A DNA stretch of 42,988 nt, taken from positions 1 to 42,988 of the forward strand of contig JBDGQO010000053.1 of NCBI GenBank assembly GCA_042219045.1. The letters run 5' to 3'. A model generated the notes under the pieces. That model saw nothing but the letters and a program-made list of their open reading frames with translations. It was not told the origin of the DNA and did no database searches. Shown here one piece after another: positions 30,105 to 39,493 of the stretch. The position numbers and the translations under genes are program-made. Origin of the DNA: Candidatus Bipolaricaulia bacterium. GTDB taxonomy: Bacteria; Bipolaricaulota; Bipolaricaulia; RBG-16-55-9. Each line of letters starts with the position of its first letter. Within the stretch, counting starts at the first letter, position 1.

Positions 30105-32507
30105 ATGGCCCAGACCTCCAGACGTTTCGCCACCCGCTGGGCCTTCGCGGGCGCTGTCCTTGCGTTGATAACGCTCGCGTTGGCGCCGGCGGCGCTGGCC
30201 GATCACGGCGGACCGACGGTGTTTGTCGACATCAAGAATCCGCCTGCCGAGGACGAGGACTGCAACGATCACTTTCGCACGCTGTCGGCGGCGCTGAACA
30301 ATGACCAGTGCCCGCTCAAGGAGTTCGACACCATTGTCGTCAACCCCGGCATCTACAGCGAGGGGAAGCTGGCGGTCGACGTCAAGGGATTGACCATTCG
30401 ATCCAGCGGCAGCGCCGAGCAAACCAAGATCCAGGGATGCTTCACGATCAAGGCCAAAAAGGCCCATCTGGAAGGCTTCGACATCAACGCGGCTGAGTGT
30501 GACACTGGCGTCTCGGTCCAAGCTCGTGACGTCCGGTTGAGCGGGTTGATCGTCCACGAAGCCGGATCCGATGGGGTCCAAATCTCGAGCGCAAGCGACG
30601 GCACCCAGGTTACGGGCTCGCGGCTGTTCAACAACGGTCGCTATGGGCTCCACGCCTTGGGCGGCAGCCATGACCTCCAGATCACGAACAACCGCGTGGA
30701 GAGCAACACCGACACCGGCATCCTCTTGGAGGGAAACTCCGATCGGTTCACGATCAAGGGCAACACCTCCAATCTGAACCAAGGCGCCGGGCTCCACGTG
30801 CTGGGCAGCGACAACGGGCAGATTACGGAAAACACCTTCAACACGAACGACATGGAAGGCCTGAAGCTGGACGGCTCCAACGGCCACACGGTCGTCAACA
30901 ACACGGCCAACTCCAACGGGCTGTTCGGCATTTCCATCGTGAGCAGCGACAACAACGAGGTCCGCTCCAATACGTTCTCCAACAACAAAGCGGGCGGGCT
31001 GGCGCTGCGCGGCAACGGCGGACAAGCCCAGCGCAACACCGTGGAAAACAACCAGATCACCGACAACAATCAGTCGGGCGCAAGCGGCGTGCTGCTGCAG
31101 GGCAACGTCACCGGCAGCATCGTCTTGAGCAACACGATCGACAGCAACAGCATCGGCGTCCGCTTCATCGCCAGCGAGGAGAGCGACGCCGAGCCGGGCA
31201 ACAACACCATCGACAGCAACGAGATCACGGGCTCGGACAACGAGGGCGTCCTCGTCGAATCGAGCGCCGGTCTCAATCTGATTCGGGCCAACACGATCGA
31301 AGGCAACAACGCCGCCGGCATCCATGTCATGGGCGGCCAGGGCAACGACGAGTACGCCGAGAACACCATCCAGGGCAACGGCGCCGAAGGCATTCGCGTC
31401 GAAAAGAGTCCGCGCAACTCCATCCATGACAATCAGATCAGCGGCAACGGCGGCGGCAACGGCCAAGGCGACATGAACGACGGCGGTGGTATCACGCTCA
31501 TCAACACGCAGGGGACGACGCTGCGGGCCAACACCATCGGTGCCGGCGAGCCGAACGGCATTCTGCTCGGGGGCACGAAGAACACCCGACTGGTGGGCAA
31601 TACGGTCGAGAATCGCCAGCAGAACGGCGTGCTCGGCATGGGCGTTGCTCAGCTCCTGGCCGAGGGCAACACCGTTCGCGCCAACGGCGGCCGCGGCTTT
31701 GCGCTGAAGGCCACTGACGACGTCGACTGCACGTCGATCGACATGCGGATGAACACCGTCCAGGGCAACACGCTCGGCGGCGTCTACGTCAACGGCTGTG
31801 CGGGCGTGCACCTCCAAATGAACGAGATCGCGGACAACCTCCGCTTCGGGCTCTGGGTCGAATCCAGCAAACAGATCGAGGCCCGCCGCAATTGGTGGGG
31901 CGACCCGAGCGGCCCCGCAGGCGTCTTTGCCGGTCGCGGCAACGCCGTCGTCTTCGTCAACAACGACATTACCGGGGGCAACAGCACCGAGCTGGCCAAC
32001 GACCAGATCCTCCAGGCGGTGGTGCCGTGGCTGACCGACCGCGTCGGCGAACAGACGGAAAGCACCGTCAGCGGCTTTACGCTGCGCGACTTCGGCCAGG
32101 ACAAGGTCGAGGTCGACGCGACGGATCTGGCGGGCGTGCGGCTGTCGCTTCATGACGTGCCGCCGGAGGCGAAGGGCATCGCGATCATCGCCCGCTACGC
32201 CAACCCGCTGCCGTCGGAGAACTCCATCTACAACCCGGCCAATCTGCCGAACGCCATGCGGACCGTCAGCATCGTCACCAACGGCTTCGGGTCGCAGGGC
32301 CGCGCCGTCGTGGACATGAAGTACGCCGATTCGGCGCTGCCCGAGGGCGTCGACGAGGCGAACCTGCGTCTCTTTATCTGGAACAACGGCCAGTGGACGG
32401 CCCTGTCAGGCAAAAGTCTTCCGGCCGTGAACGTCGTTGAAGGCACCGTGGAGCTTTCCCTGTTGAGGCAGGGAGCGATCATCGCGCTGGCCCCACAGGG
32501 GCAGTAG
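30105..32507 (+). CDS. secreted right-handed parallel beta-helix repeat protein (NosD/pectin-lyase-like fold)
   Basis: Signal peptide ending ALA-D; many GI.l..s.nN.i..N.i..N repeats; NWWGDPSGP motif; SD GAGGTG before ATG at 30105. Confidence 0.85.
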   Translation: MAQTSRRFATRWAFAGAVLALITLALAPAALADHGGPTVFVDIKNPPAEDEDCNDHFRTLSAALNNDQCPLKEFDTIVVNPGIYSEGKLAVDVKGLTIRSSGSAEQTKIQGCFTIKAKKAHLEGFDINAAECDTGVSVQARDVRLSGLIVHEAGSDGVQISSASDGTQVTGSRLFNNGRYGLHALGGSHDLQITNNRVESNTDTGILLEGNSDRFTIKGNTSNLNQGAGLHVLGSDNGQITENTFNTNDMEGLKLDGSNGHTVVNNTANSNGLFGISIVSSDNNEVRSNTFSNNKAGGLALRGNGGQAQRNTVENNQITDNNQSGASGVLLQGNVTGSIVLSNTIDSNSIGVRFIASEESDAEPGNNTIDSNEITGSDNEGVLVESSAGLNLIRANTIEGNNAAGIHVMGGQGNDEYAENTIQGNGAEGIRVEKSPRNSIHDNQISGNGGGNGQGDMNDGGGITLINTQGTTLRANTIGAGEPNGILLGGTKNTRLVGNTVENRQQNGVLGMGVAQLLAEGNTVRANGGRGFALKATDDVDCTSIDMRMNTVQGNTLGGVYVNGCAGVHLQMNEIADNLRFGLWVESSKQIEARRNWWGDPSGPAGVFAGRGNAVVFVNNDITGGNSTELANDQILQAVVPWLTDRVGEQTESTVSGFTLRDFGQDKVEVDATDLAGVRLSLHDVPPEAKGIAIIARYANPLPSENSIYNPANLPNAMRTVSIVTNGFGSQGRAVVDMKYADSALPEGVDEANLRLFIWNNGQWTALSGKSLPAVNVVEGTVELSLLRQGAIIALAPQGQ

Positions 32508-32529
32508 CGCCCGCGAGGGGGAGAAACCC

Positions 32530-35013
32530 ATGGCCAAGCGCACGCGCTTGAACCGACAGCAGACCGAAAAACATGCTCAGAGGAGGTTGGCCGTCTGGTG
32601 CGGGTGGATCCCCCTCGCCCTCCTCGCTTTCGTGATCGCGACGGGAGTTGTCGGCTCCGCAGAGTCGGGGCCGACAACGCTCGTCGTGGACAGCGCGGCC
32701 ACCGACAGCGAGGACACCGATCGCGACGCCCGCTTCCGGACCATTCAGGCCGCCCTCAATACTGGACAGCCGGCCCCGTACGCCACCGTCAAGCTCGCGC
32801 CGGGCCGCTACGAGGTCGGCGAGCTGGCACTGGCGACGGAGGGGCTGACGCTCACCTCAACGAGCGATCCGTCGCAAACGGCGCTTGTGGGCCAACTGAC
32901 CATCGACGCGCCGAACGTCCAGGTTGACGGGCTTACGGTCGAGGCAGCAAGCGGCCAAACGGCGGTGACGATCCGAGCCCGCGGCGTCGGGCTCCAGAAT
33001 GTTCGGGTGGCTGGCGGCCATCACGGCATCGAAGTCGCCTCCACTCACGGCATCAATATCGGCAATAGCACGGTCTATAACCAGGGAAGCGACGGAATCG
33101 TCCTCCGCGAGGCCTGGGACGTTCAAATCAGCAACAGTGAAACGCGGGGCAACAGCGGCCTCGGCATCCTCATGGAGGACGCACGGAATATCACGTTGAC
33201 GGGTAACACCGTCGCGTTCAACGGGCTCGGCGGCATCTGGGCCCGACGCAGCGAGGGGCTTGTCGTCCGGAGCAACGACGTCCGCGACAACTCGCTTGTC
33301 GGCGTCGCGCTGCAACGGACGTCGGGCACCGAGGTTGCCAAGAACGACATCGCCTCCAACGAGGCCGGCATCCTCCTCATGGATGCCGGCGAGAACACCG
33401 TTCGCAACAACACACTGCAAAGCCAGCGCACCGTCGGCGTGGTGCTCAAGAATGGCGCACGCGGCAACACCGTCAAGGCCAACACCATTCGAGGCACGCA
33501 GGGCCAGGGCGCCATCGGTGTCCGCCTGTCCGGCAACGTGGCCAGCAACCGTGTCATCGATAATAAGATCGTCGAAAGCGGATCCGGCGTGGTCCTTGTC
33601 AGCAATGACTCCGGCGCACCAAGCAACAACCTCTTCCAGGGCAATGAGATCGCCCGCACCGACGGCGTCGGCGTGACGTTGTCGGAGGGCGCGCGCCGCA
33701 ACCGCTTCGTCGAAAACGCCATCCACGACAACCTGGACGCCGGCGTTCGCAGTCAAGGGGACGCGAACGCCTACAAGACCAACGAACTGGCGGGCAACGG
33801 CACGGTCGGCATCGCGCTCAACGGCAGCCGGGATGCATCCCTCCAGGGCAACCGGATCCATCACAACGGCTCCGAGGGCGTGAAGCTGACAAATACCACA
33901 GCCGTTTTCGCCAAAGGCAATGAGGTGAGGAACAACGGCCGGGCTGGCGTCAAGATCAAAGGAGGCCAAGAGCTCCGGCTGTTGCGCAATACGCTCGCGA
34001 AGAACGGCACCGATGGCCTCGTGGCGGCAGACGCCCAGACGCTCGTGTTGATGGGCAACACCGTCCGCGCCAACGCGAACGTCGGCCTGGCGATCCGCGA
34101 CGCTCAGGATGTCGACATCCAAGGCAACCACGTGGACGACAACGGCAGCGGCGGCATCCAGCTCGCCAATGTTCAGGGCGCGGATATCGCCTCGAACCAA
34201 ATCACCGAGAACCTCCGGTTCGGGCTGCGCGTGGGCAAACAGAGCACCGATGTGAGCGCACACCGCAACTACTGGGGCGATGCCAGCGGCCCTGCGGGCG
34301 CGTTCGCCGGCAACGGCAACGCCGTGCTCGGGCTCGCGATGACCGACGTGACGCCGTGGCTGCCGGCTAAGCCGGACAAGTTGGCCGTCGACTCGGTCTC
34401 CTCGCTCGTGTTGGAGTCGCCACAGAGCGATCGCATCACCTACGACGCCGGGAATCGAGTGGGCTTGGAGCTGGCGTTTTTCAATCTGGGTCGTGACGGT
34501 CGTCAAGAGCTTTTGACCAAGGGCGTCATTCTGGCAGCTCGGTATCAGCAACCGCCGGAGAAGACGCCGCCGATGGATAAGGAGCTCGGCTTCTACACGA
34601 TCAACGTCGACGGCGCCGATACCGGGAAGGCTGAGCTGACGCTTTTCTACAAGGAGTCCGATCAGCCACCGGGATTGGATCCCGACGCGCTGCGGATCTT
34701 CACGCTCGAGGACGGCACGTGGAAGCCTCTGAAGGGCGCGAGTGTGGACCCGGAACTGAAGCGCGTCACGGGCACGATCGACGTGTCGAAGCTGGACGGC
34801 CAGCTCATCGGGCTGGGCACCATGCAGAGCGATACCGGGCCTACCACCGACCTGTTGCCGCCGATCGGACTCGGCACGTATGCGCCGCCAGTTGCCGGCG
34901 GATTGGCATCCCTACTCGTTGCTCTGATCGGCTACCTCGGCGTGACCCGCTGGCCGCGCACGGGCGAACCGATCGTTCGCTGGGTCAAGGCGCTCGGGAC
35001 TCGCGCACGCTGA
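32530..35013 (+). CDS. paralogous secreted beta-helix repeat protein with C-terminal TM anchor
   Basis: Signal peptide, FRTIQAAL, PbH1-like repeats, NYWGDASGP, C-terminal hydrophobic helix followed by a basic tail. Confidence 0.85.
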   Translation: MAKRTRLNRQQTEKHAQRRLAVWCGWIPLALLAFVIATGVVGSAESGPTTLVVDSAATDSEDTDRDARFRTIQAALNTGQPAPYATVKLAPGRYEVGELALATEGLTLTSTSDPSQTALVGQLTIDAPNVQVDGLTVEAASGQTAVTIRARGVGLQNVRVAGGHHGIEVASTHGINIGNSTVYNQGSDGIVLREAWDVQISNSETRGNSGLGILMEDARNITLTGNTVAFNGLGGIWARRSEGLVVRSNDVRDNSLVGVALQRTSGTEVAKNDIASNEAGILLMDAGENTVRNNTLQSQRTVGVVLKNGARGNTVKANTIRGTQGQGAIGVRLSGNVASNRVIDNKIVESGSGVVLVSNDSGAPSNNLFQGNEIARTDGVGVTLSEGARRNRFVENAIHDNLDAGVRSQGDANAYKTNELAGNGTVGIALNGSRDASLQGNRIHHNGSEGVKLTNTTAVFAKGNEVRNNGRAGVKIKGGQELRLLRNTLAKNGTDGLVAADAQTLVLMGNTVRANANVGLAIRDAQDVDIQGNHVDDNGSGGIQLANVQGADIASNQITENLRFGLRVGKQSTDVSAHRNYWGDASGPAGAFAGNGNAVLGLAMTDVTPWLPAKPDKLAVDSVSSLVLESPQSDRITYDAGNRVGLELAFFNLGRDGRQELLTKGVILAARYQQPPEKTPPMDKELGFYTINVDGADTGKAELTLFYKESDQPPGLDPDALRIFTLEDGTWKPLKGASVDPELKRVTGTIDVSKLDGQLIGLGTMQSDTGPTTDLLPPIGLGTYAPPVAGGLASLLVALIGYLGVTRWPRTGEPIVRWVKALGTRAR

Positions 35014-35058
35014 GGCGTGCGTTCAGCCAAGCAGCAAACAAAAATCGGAGGTTGGCAT

Positions 35059-35088
35059 CCCCCTCGTCGCAGCGACGAGGGGGCTTTT
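35059..35088 (+). terminator. intrinsic terminator after the beta-helix pair
   Basis: Perfect 12-bp inverted repeat ccccctcgtcgc-a-gcgacgaggggg followed by ctttt. Confidence 0.65.
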
Positions 35089-35192
35089 CCATCGGTCCTT
35101 CGGGGCTTTGTTCCTTGGAAAGCTATTGAACACCCATGCGAGCTGAGCGAGGATCGCCTGGCGCCGTCTCACCATGCGCCGTGTTGACAGAA

Positions 35193-35357
35193 CTACGCTG
35201 AGACCCGAAACGCCAGCAGAAACAACCCGACTCCAATAACCCAGAGGACGCCGCCGACGGTTCCCCAGACACTCCCCGCTTCGATGCCTGCGGCGACGAA
35301 AAAGAATCCGGCGACCAAGAACGTCCACCATCCCGCAAGTTCCAACCGGCGTCTCAT
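35193..35357 (-). CDS. unannotated 54-aa two-TM membrane protein
   Basis: MRRRLELAGWWTFLVAGFFFVAAGIEAGSVWGTVGGVLWVIGVGLFLLAFRVSA*; SD GGGAGAG; 34 nt downstream of lysE on the same strand; below the ORF-track cutoff. Confidence 0.75.
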   Translation of the reverse strand: MRRRLELAGWWTFLVAGFFFVAAGIEAGSVWGTVGGVLWVIGVGLFLLAFRVSA

Positions 35358-35391
35358 CCGCTCTCCCATTCAGATCGTTGCATGACGATGG

Positions 35392-36036
35392 TCAGAACGG
35401 GCTAATGTTCAACTGAGTCAGGGTTCCGTTCAGCAGATACAGCCCGTAACCTGTCACGACGAAGCCACTGATGGTCAATGCGCCGAACTGGAGCCGTCGG
35501 CTGAGCCATCGGTGCCCGATGTGGAGCAGCCCGGCCAGCGTCGTGAACCAGAGTAACTGGCCCGCCAACACGGCTAGCGCGAACGGGGCGACGCCGGCGA
35601 GGGAACCCGATTCCATCCAAGGCCCGAGCAGGCCGATCCACCAAACCAAGCTGAACGGGTTGAATGTCGTGATGGCGAAACCGGTCCAAAACCCTCGGCC
35701 CAAGCCGACCGAGGACGAGGGATGAGCGGCCTCGTCATCAGGGTCCATGACCAAACAGCGGGCGTCTCGCAGGATGTTGGTCCCGACATAGATCAACACG
35801 ATCGCCCCGATGCCCCACAGGGCCGCGCTCAAGCCCGGATAGGCCTCCACCAACGGGGCCAGCCCGAGCAGAACCGCGATCAGGGCGAGCGCATCGCCCG
35901 TCACGGCTCCCATGCCGACCGCCAGCGCCAACTGGAACCCGCGCTGGGTGCCCAAGCGAATTTCCTCTCCGTTGCTTGGGCACGTCGGTGACGCCGCGAA
36001 GCCCAAGACCATCCCTTGCGCAATCGCTTGGATCAT
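35392..36036 (-). CDS. LysE/RhtB family exporter
   Basis: About six TM segments, RG...AL.VG.GAVTGD, GFWTGFAITTFNP. Confidence 0.85.
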   Translation of the reverse strand: MIQAIAQGMVLGFAASPTCPSNGEEIRLGTQRGFQLALAVGMGAVTGDALALIAVLLGLAPLVEAYPGLSAALWGIGAIVLIYVGTNILRDARCLVMDPDDEAAHPSSSVGLGRGFWTGFAITTFNPFSLVWWIGLLGPWMESGSLAGVAPFALAVLAGQLLWFTTLAGLLHIGHRWLSRRLQFGALTISGFVVTGYGLYLLNGTLTQLNISPF

Positions 36037-36054
36037 TGCAACCCCCTCTGTCCC

Positions 36055-36137
36055 TTAACTGGCTCAATTCATATTGATAGTTAAGCCCAGGATAGCGGAT
36101 CCCGCTAACTTGTCAAACGGCGATCGCTGGTTAAAAT
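36055..36137. promoter_or_regulatory. divergent promoters with two palindromic operator-like sites
   Basis: TTAACT-N18-AGTTAA (36055-36084) and CTAACT-N18-GGTTAA (36105-36134); minus strand TTGACA-16-TATCCT; plus strand TTGTCA-16-TAAAAT. Confidence 0.65.
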
Positions 36138-36153
36138 GCGGATCCGAAGACCG

Positions 36154-36756
36154 ATGATGCTGACGACCGACACGGACGAGCAGGCGCTCAACCTCGAGGA
36201 AGGCTGGATCTGCCTCGACTTTGCTAACACCGGCATCCGGGGCGATGACATCCACGATGTGGGCGAGGTGATCGAGTGGGCGCGCGAGATCGGCCTGGTC
36301 TACAATGAGGAGAGCGACCAACTGATTCGGAAGGCGGGCGAGGCGCCGGCCGAGGCCGAGCGAGCCGTGGCCGAGTCTCGGCGGCAGCGCAAGCTGCTTC
36401 GTCGGGTCTTCGGCGCAATCGCCGCCGACGAGTCGCCCGCGGACGCAGATCTCAAAACCCTCAACGGGCACCTGAACGAGGCCTTTGCCCAGCTGAGGCT
36501 GGTGCCGACCGACGAGGGCTATCAACTAGGTTGGACGGAGTGGACGGCCGTGGACTGCGTCCTTTGGCCCGTCGTTAAGTCCGCCGCCGACCTGCTATGC
36601 TCCGAAGATCTCCACCGGATCGGCCAATGTGCGGCCGCCGACTGCGACTGGCTCTTTCTGGACACGAGCAAGAACCGCAGTCGTCGCTGGTGCAGCATGC
36701 GGCGTTGCGGCAACCGCGCTAAGGTCCAGCGCTATCTCGAGCGCCGGGCCTCCTAA
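36154..36756 (+). CDS. ABATE domain / CGNR zinc-finger putative transcriptional regulator
   Basis: CLDFANT, C-x4-C-x-WLFLDTSKNRSRRWCSMRRCGNRAKV; the ATG at 36136 overlaps the -10, so 36154 is preferred. Confidence 0.9.
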   Translation: MMLTTDTDEQALNLEEGWICLDFANTGIRGDDIHDVGEVIEWAREIGLVYNEESDQLIRKAGEAPAEAERAVAESRRQRKLLRRVFGAIAADESPADADLKTLNGHLNEAFAQLRLVPTDEGYQLGWTEWTAVDCVLWPVVKSAADLLCSEDLHRIGQCAAADCDWLFLDTSKNRSRRWCSMRRCGNRAKVQRYLERRAS

Positions 36757-36765
36757 ACGGGGCGC

Positions 36766-37941
36766 TCAACCCTGCAGCAGGTCCGTGTAGATGTCGACGT
36801 AGTCCTCATAAGTCGCATCGCGGACGTTGCCCGTCGTCTGTGGATCCATGGCGGCCTCGTGGGCCAGACGCTCGACGTCGTTCGGATCGATGCCCTGATC
36901 CACGAGCGAGGGAACCTGGAAATCCTCGTTCAGCTGCTGGAGCCACTGCACGGCCGCTAAGCTCGCCTCGCGGTCGCTCATCAACGACGTGTCGATGCCG
37001 AGGGCCTCGGCCACGCGGCGGTGCTTGTACGGGTCGCCCTGCCAGTTGAACTCGAAAACCCTCGGCAGCATCGCGGCCACGACGAGCCCGTGCTGCGTGT
37101 CGGGATACATCCCGCCGAGCGTCTGCGCCATGGCGTGGACGGCCCCGGCGCTGTCGCCGTCGTAGCTCAGCCCGCCGAGGTTGGCCGCCACGGCCATGTA
37201 GTAGCGCGCTTCCACATCCGTCCCGCTCGCGAACGCCCTCCGAAGGTACTTGGCCGAGAGTTCCAGCGCGTAGAGCGCCACCCCTTCGGTGTGCGGCTGG
37301 GAGAAGTGGCAGGTGTAGCATTCGTAGGCCTGGCAGATGACGTCGATGCCCGTGCCAGCGGTGACCCACGGCGGCATGCTGACGTGCAGCTCGGGGTCGA
37401 GCACTGCGACGTGGGCGCCGATGAGCGTGCCACCAACGTTGAATTTAAATTCCCGCTCGGGATCCGTAATGACAGCCCAGAGGGTCACTTCACTGCCCGT
37501 GCCGGCCGTGGTTGGAACCGTCACCAGCGGCGCGACGCGGCGCTGGAGTTCCTCCTTGCCGAACTCGTAGTCGAGGACGCTGCCCTCGTGAGTGGCCTCA
37601 AGGGCGATTCCCTTGGCGGTGTCCATGCTGCTGCCGCCGCCGAGGCCGATGAGGCCGTCGCAGCCCTCGCTCTCATACGTTCGGGTCCCCTCGGCGACGA
37701 CGTCGACCGGCGGGTTCGGCTTCACCTTGTCGAACACGGCGTAGGGCACGTCTCGTTCGTCCAACGCCGTCGCGAGCGTGTCGAGCAATCCGGCGTTGAT
37801 GACGCCCGGATCGGTCGCAATCAGCGGCTTCGAGACGTTCAGTTCGGCCAACTCATCGGGAATGCTGCGCACGGCGCCGACGCCGTGGGTGATGCGCGAG
37901 GGAATCTCGAATCGACGGGATTCATAGATGCGATGGATCAT
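36766..37941 (-). CDS. gbsB: iron-containing alcohol dehydrogenase, GbsB-like choline dehydrogenase
   Basis: FEIPSRITHGVGA, GGGSSMDTAKG, VPTTAGTGSEVTLWAVITD, SAGAVHAMAQTLGG; next to betaine aldehyde dehydrogenase. Confidence 0.8.
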   Translation of the reverse strand: MIHRIYESRRFEIPSRITHGVGAVRSIPDELAELNVSKPLIATDPGVINAGLLDTLATALDERDVPYAVFDKVKPNPPVDVVAEGTRTYESEGCDGLIGLGGGSSMDTAKGIALEATHEGSVLDYEFGKEELQRRVAPLVTVPTTAGTGSEVTLWAVITDPEREFKFNVGGTLIGAHVAVLDPELHVSMPPWVTAGTGIDVICQAYECYTCHFSQPHTEGVALYALELSAKYLRRAFASGTDVEARYYMAVAANLGGLSYDGDSAGAVHAMAQTLGGMYPDTQHGLVVAAMLPRVFEFNWQGDPYKHRRVAEALGIDTSLMSDREASLAAVQWLQQLNEDFQVPSLVDQGIDPNDVERLAHEAAMDPQTTGNVRDATYEDYVDIYTDLLQG

Positions 37942-37980
37942 CAGGTAGCCTCCCCTTCTCGGTGTTGAGGTTTGGGTTAT

Positions 37981-39459
37981 TTAGCCCTTGAACCAGTCCA
38001 GCGGCTGCGGGTCGAGGTTCGCGTGGACGTTCTTCAATTCCGTATATTCCTCCAAGCCGACATGGGAGAGCTCGCGGCCGACGCCGCTGCGCTTGAACCC
38101 GCCCCACGGGGCTTCGGGATAGTAGGGATGGAAGTCGTTGATCCAGACCGTTCCAATCCGGAGTTCGCGGGCGACGCGGTATCCCTTCGGAAAGTCCTGG
38201 GTCCAGACGCCGCCGGCCAAGCCGTAGGGCGTGCCGTTGGCCATCCGGACGGCGTCGTCCTCACCAGAGAATTTTTCGACGGTGATGACGGGCCCGAAGA
38301 TCTCCTCGCGGGCAACGCGCATCTCGGGCGTCACGCCCGTGATGACCGTCGGCTCCAGCCAGAAGCCGTTCTGAAATTCCTCGCCATCAGGCCGCTTGCC
38401 GCCACAGACGATGTCGGCACCCTCTTTGACGGCCAATTCGAGATACCCCTCGACTTTGGCGCGGTGCTCGGCGGAGATGACCGGGCCCATCTGGGTGTCC
38501 TCGTCGAAGCCGTTGCCGAGCCGAATTTGATTGACGCGGTCGACGAGCGCGTCGACGAACTTGTCGTGGAGGTCATCGTCCACGAGCAACCGAGATCCGG
38601 CCGAGCAGACTTGGCCCGCGTGAAAGTAAGCGGCATTGAGGGCGAAGTCGAGCGCCGTGTCGAATTCGGCGTCGGCGAAGACGATGTTGGGATTCTTGCC
38701 GCCCAACTCCAATGCCACTTTCTTAATGGACTGAGCCGCTCGGCTCATGATCCGTCGGCCGGTAACCTCGCCGCCGGTGAACGAGACCATGTCGACTTCC
38801 TCGTGGGTCACCATCGTCTCGCCGACGGGATTGCCCGGGCCCAAGACGACGTTGAAGACGCCGCTCGGCACGCCGACGTCGTCGATCAACTCGGCCAATC
38901 GGATGGCCGTTAATGGGGTAATTTCGCTCGGCTTGAGCACGGCCGCGTTCCCGGCCGCCAGGGCTGGCGCGACCTTCCAGGCCGTCTGCAACAGGGGATA
39001 GTTCCACGGCGTGATGAGGCTGCAGACGCCGACGGGCTCATGCACGGCCATGCTGAGCGCGCCCGAGGGCGGCTCGTGGACGGCTCCGCGCAGGGTCGCT
39101 GCAGCCGAGGCGAAGTAACGAAAGCAGGCGGCAATGTCGTCCATATCCTCCAGGGACTCGGTGACCGTCTTGCCCGTGTCGAGCGACTCCAGCTCGGCCA
39201 AATGCTCGCGATCGGCTTCGATGGCGTCGCCAATCTCGTAGACGGCTTGCGATCGTTCTCGGCCGGGTGTCCGGCGCCATTCGCCGGATTCGAACGACCG
39301 TCGAGCCATCTCGATTGCCCGATCGGCGTCGGTTTCGTCGCCTTCCGGCACCTGGGCGATGATGGCTTCCGTGGCGGGATCGATGATCTCACGCCAGCCG
39401 CCAGCGTTGGCCTCGGTCCATTGGCCGTCGACATACATGTGGCGTGTCCGTTGTGTCAT
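37981..39459 (-). CDS. gbsA: betaine aldehyde dehydrogenase
   Basis: ESLDTGKT, ITPWNYPLLQ, KPSEITPLT, LELGGKNPNIVF, HAGQVCSAGSR, WINDFHPY..EAPWGGFKRSG. Confidence 0.85.
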   Translation of the reverse strand: MTQRTRHMYVDGQWTEANAGGWREIIDPATEAIIAQVPEGDETDADRAIEMARRSFESGEWRRTPGRERSQAVYEIGDAIEADREHLAELESLDTGKTVTESLEDMDDIAACFRYFASAAATLRGAVHEPPSGALSMAVHEPVGVCSLITPWNYPLLQTAWKVAPALAAGNAAVLKPSEITPLTAIRLAELIDDVGVPSGVFNVVLGPGNPVGETMVTHEEVDMVSFTGGEVTGRRIMSRAAQSIKKVALELGGKNPNIVFADAEFDTALDFALNAAYFHAGQVCSAGSRLLVDDDLHDKFVDALVDRVNQIRLGNGFDEDTQMGPVISAEHRAKVEGYLELAVKEGADIVCGGKRPDGEEFQNGFWLEPTVITGVTPEMRVAREEIFGPVITVEKFSGEDDAVRMANGTPYGLAGGVWTQDFPKGYRVARELRIGTVWINDFHPYYPEAPWGGFKRSGVGRELSHVGLEEYTELKNVHANLDPQPLDWFKG

Positions 39460-39493
39460 GGCGTGGCCTCCCTTGAATTCGTCCGTTCGTGAA

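Noticed and set aside
29982..34551. Long antisense ORFs (723 aa and 564 aa) opposite the beta-helix genes
   Set aside because: Shadow ORFs expected from GC-rich codon bias; the Val-rich text mirrors AAC/GAC codons and has no recognisable motifs
30105..35013. nosD (nitrous oxide reductase maturation) assignment
   Set aside because: No nosZ, nosF, nosY or nosL nearby, and the proteins are much longer; only the fold is shared
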